The notes under the pieces are model-generated. The model saw nothing but the letters and a program-made list of their open reading frames with translations, had not been told where the DNA came from and made no database searches. Of a stretch of DNA of 64,000 nt, positions 61,329 to 64,000 are shown piece by piece. The stretch is from an uncultured Candidatus Rokubacteria bacterium (GTDB lineage: Bacteria > Methylomirabilota > Methylomirabilia > Rokubacteriales > DASRDR01), in assembly GCA_963805625.1 (NCBI GenBank), contig CAWDVE010000010.1, positions 256,001 through 320,000 on the forward strand, read 5' to 3'. The position numbers and the translations under genes were made by a program. Position 1 is the first letter of the stretch. Each line of letters starts with the position of its first letter.

Positions 61329-62672
61329 GTGTTGCGCGTGCAGAGAGCGGTCGACCAGGCGATCCTCATGGGCCTCCGTCTCCCTCGCCAGAAGCGCTGG
61401 GAGGTGGAGGAGTCGATGGAGGAGTTGAGCCGCCTGGCCGAGAGTGCCGGAGCGGAGGTCCTCGCCAGCGTCATCCAGGAGCGCAGCGAGCGAAACCCGC
61501 GCCTCCATTTCGGGAAGGGCAAGGTGGAGGAAGTCCGGGACCTGGCCCGAGCCCTCGGGGCGGGTCTCCTGATCTCGGACGATTCGCTGTCACCCGTGCA
61601 GGAGCGAAACCTCACCCGTGCTCTGGACCTTCGCGTCATCGACCGCACGGCCCTGATCCTCGACATCTTCGCCCAGCGGGCGCGGACGAGCGAGGGCAAG
61701 CTCCAGGTCGAGCTGGCGCAGCTCACGTACCTGCTCCCGCGCCTGGTGGGACAGTGGTCCCACCTCGAGCGACTCGGTGGCGGCATCGGGACCCGAGGGC
61801 CCGGCGAGACGCAGCTCGAGTCGGACCGGCGCGTGGTTCGGCGTCGCATCGCGCAGATTCACGAGGCCCTCGAGGACGTCCAGCGTCACCGGCGCCTGCT
61901 CCGGACGCACCGGCGTGACGTCGGGCTGTCGGTCGCCGCCCTGGTGGGATACACGAACGCGGGCAAGACCACCCTCCTCAACCGGATCGCCGGGGCGAGC
62001 GCGCCGACCGCGGACCAGCTCTTCGTCACGCTCGACCCCGCGGCCCGGCTCGTCTCTGGCGGGGGCCGAGCGCCGTTCGTGCTGACGGACACGGTCGGGT
62101 TCATCCAGAAGCTTCCGACGCAGCTCGTGGCGGCCTTCAAGGCGACGCTGGAGGAGCTGGAGGACGCGCAGCTCCTCCTTCACGTGGTGGACGTGAGCCA
62201 TCCGCACGCGCGGGAGCACATGTCGGCCGTGTACCATGTGCTCGAGGAGCTCGGGCTCGAGGACCGACCGGTGCTGACGGTGATGAACAAGATCGACCGC
62301 CTGGCCGAGCCGAACGGTCTCCAGCGCGAGCTCGGCATCGAGGGTGGGGTGGCGGTATCCGCCCGGACCGGCGAGGGGCTCGACACCCTCCTGGCCCGGA
62401 TCGGTGACGCGCTCCGGGTGACGCGGTCGGCCTTCCGCCTGCGTGTGCCCTACGAGCGCGGGGGAATCCTTGGCCGCGTGTATGCGCGTGGGCGGGTGCT
62501 GGGACGAGAGGATCGTCCCGATGGAATCTGGCTCGACGTCGAGGTCCCGCGAGCGTTGGAGGGCCTGGTTCGGCCCTACCGCGTCTCCGGTGCGGACGGT
62601 GCTGGCGTGCGTGAGTCCGGGAGGGTCTGGCCCGCCAGCCGTGGAACCACTCTCCAGGAGGCAGGATCATGA
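61329..62672 (+). CDS. hflX: ribosome-splitting GTPase HflX
   Basis: LILDIFAQRA, EGKLQVELAQL, GIGTRGPGE, GYTNAGKT, DTVGFI, NKID. Confidence 0.97.
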   Translation: MLRVQRAVDQAILMGLRLPRQKRWEVEESMEELSRLAESAGAEVLASVIQERSERNPRLHFGKGKVEEVRDLARALGAGLLISDDSLSPVQERNLTRALDLRVIDRTALILDIFAQRARTSEGKLQVELAQLTYLLPRLVGQWSHLERLGGGIGTRGPGETQLESDRRVVRRRIAQIHEALEDVQRHRRLLRTHRRDVGLSVAALVGYTNAGKTTLLNRIAGASAPTADQLFVTLDPAARLVSGGGRAPFVLTDTVGFIQKLPTQLVAAFKATLEELEDAQLLLHVVDVSHPHAREHMSAVYHVLEELGLEDRPVLTVMNKIDRLAEPNGLQRELGIEGGVAVSARTGEGLDTLLARIGDALRVTRSAFRLRVPYERGGILGRVYARGRVLGREDRPDGIWLDVEVPRALEGLVRPYRVSGADGAGVRESGRVWPASRGTTLQEAGS

Positions 62673-63913
62673 CGGCGTGGACGCGAGTGCTCCCGATGCT
62701 GGCAGTAGCGGGGATGACCTGGGGCTGGATCGGGGCGGCCGAGGCGCAGCTCTTCGGTCCGAAGGCCACCGTGACAACCCCGGGGGGCAAGTCCATCGAC
62801 GAGGCGCAGCAGGAGGCCTACGACGGGCCCAAGGCCCGGATCGCGGTCTCGCAGTTCAAGGACAAGACAGGCAAGGGCTGGTGGACCGGGGCGATCGGCG
62901 ATGGCATGGCCGACATGCTATCGACCGCCCTGTTCCACTCGAACCGCTACATCGTTCTCGAGCGGCAGCAGGTGGGTGACGTCCTGCGCGAGCAGGATCT
63001 CGGTGCGGCCGGCCGGATCAAGAAGGGAACCGAGGCGCCCATTGGCGAGATCGAGGGCGCGGAGCTCCTGATCACCGGCGCTGTCACCGAGTTCGAGGGT
63101 GCCGCGTCCGGCGTCGGCGGCGGCATCGGGGGCATCGGCGGGACCGCGGGCCGCGTCCTCGGTGGCATCGCCGGTGGGATGAAGAAGGCGCACATGGCGA
63201 TCGACGTCCGCGTGATCGACACGCGGACGTCGCGGATCGTCGCCGCCACGTCGGTGGAGGGGGAGGCGACCGACTTCGCGCTGGGCGGAGCACTCGCCGG
63301 CGCAGGCAGCGGTGGTGCGCTCGGAGGCGCGCTCGGGGGCTGGTCCAAGACGCCGACCGAGAAGGCGCTGCGGCTCTGCATCCAGGAGGCCGTGAAGTTT
63401 GTCGTGACGAAGACGCCGGCGACCTACTACCACTACGGGGCGGGCGGGCAGCCCGTCGCAGCGGCGGCGCCAAAGGCGCCGGCCGCAGCGGCAGCGGGCG
63501 GCGGCGGGGCGGCACCCGTGATGGCGGCGGCGGTGGCGCCGGCAGACGCGACCGGGACGCCGTCGGCCCTCAAGGTCATCCAGACCATCAAGGCGGATCA
63601 CGACAAGCAGCTCCTGATCGATCTCAACGAGGTCAAGGTCCGGGGCGCCGTTCTGACGGTCGTCGTCACGCTGCGGTCCCTGAGCAAGCAGTCGCAATGG
63701 GTCCTGGTCAGCGAGAACAAGAGCTCGATCCTCAGCTACGACACCGGCGAGACGGCCCCCATGATCAAGGTGGACGGGTTCAACAACGGCCCGGTTCCGG
63801 GCGGGGACCCGAAGACCATTCGCGGCACCTTCAAGGTGCCCAAGGGCGCCAAGAAGGTGGCAATCACGCTGGGCGGCCTCGGCACCTTCGACGACGTGGA
63901 CGTCGCGCAGTAG
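62669..63913 (+). CDS. CsgG/HfaB-family secreted protein with an extra C-terminal domain
   Basis: signal peptide, RIAVSQF, MLSTAL...VLERQ...EQ, GAELLITGAVTEFE, DVRVIDTRTSRIV; Ala-rich linker, then a ~120-aa beta-rich domain. Confidence 0.8.
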   Translation: MTAWTRVLPMLAVAGMTWGWIGAAEAQLFGPKATVTTPGGKSIDEAQQEAYDGPKARIAVSQFKDKTGKGWWTGAIGDGMADMLSTALFHSNRYIVLERQQVGDVLREQDLGAAGRIKKGTEAPIGEIEGAELLITGAVTEFEGAASGVGGGIGGIGGTAGRVLGGIAGGMKKAHMAIDVRVIDTRTSRIVAATSVEGEATDFALGGALAGAGSGGALGGALGGWSKTPTEKALRLCIQEAVKFVVTKTPATYYHYGAGGQPVAAAAPKAPAAAAAGGGGAAPVMAAAVAPADATGTPSALKVIQTIKADHDKQLLIDLNEVKVRGAVLTVVVTLRSLSKQSQWVLVSENKSSILSYDTGETAPMIKVDGFNNGPVPGGDPKTIRGTFKVPKGAKKVAITLGGLGTFDDVDVAQ

Positions 63914-63938
63914 GGGAGCCTGCTTCGCCGTCTCGCCC

Positions 63939-63972
63939 CGAGGGCCCCGGGAGACCGGGGCCCTCGTCGTTT
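63939..63972 (+). terminator. intrinsic terminator
   Basis: perfect 12-bp stem CGAGGGCCCCGG/CCGGGGCCCTCG with a GAGA loop, followed by TCGTTT. Confidence 0.75.
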
Positions 63973-64000
63973 CCGGGAGGCGCTGGCGCGGTGTGTGATC

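Overview
High-GC bacterial chromosomal window. Every credible gene is on the + strand, and almost all are housekeeping genes of a diderm (LPS-making) bacterium. Order: recN(partial)-secA-smc-[IS630 remnant]-rodZ-ftsY-ribD-ribE-ribBA-ribH-nusB-lnt-prfB(+1 programmed frameshift)-lysS-lolC/E-lolD-clpC-bamA-skp-lpxD-lpxA-(GnnA-like oxidoreductase)-lpxI-lpxB-DUF374-waaA-lpxK-waaF-GT4-rfaE1-rfaE2-waaC-GT2-kdsB-trpS-scpA-scpB-rluB-[insert]-pheA-hisC-tyrA-aroA-cmk-plsC-rpsA-sppA-ihfB-mutS-mutL-miaA-hflX-csgG-like. GC level and gene order are reminiscent of Rokubacteria/Methylomirabilota or similar lineages (unverified inference). The one clear accessory segment is a ~2.7 kb insert (43769-46499) bracketed by two diverged copies of the last 45 codons of rluB. 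It carries its own sigma70-like promoter, a truncated gene relic and a three-gene module: two different PNPOx-like (split-barrel, flavin-binding fold) proteins and a coiled-coil-GAF-class III nucleotidyl cyclase with non-canonical base-specifying residues. All three ORFs share one reading frame, each separated by a single stop codon plus exactly 15 nt. This module is the best candidate for an undescribed signalling system. No rRNA, tRNA or CRISPR array was seen. All calls come from motif reading by eye; no database searches were run.
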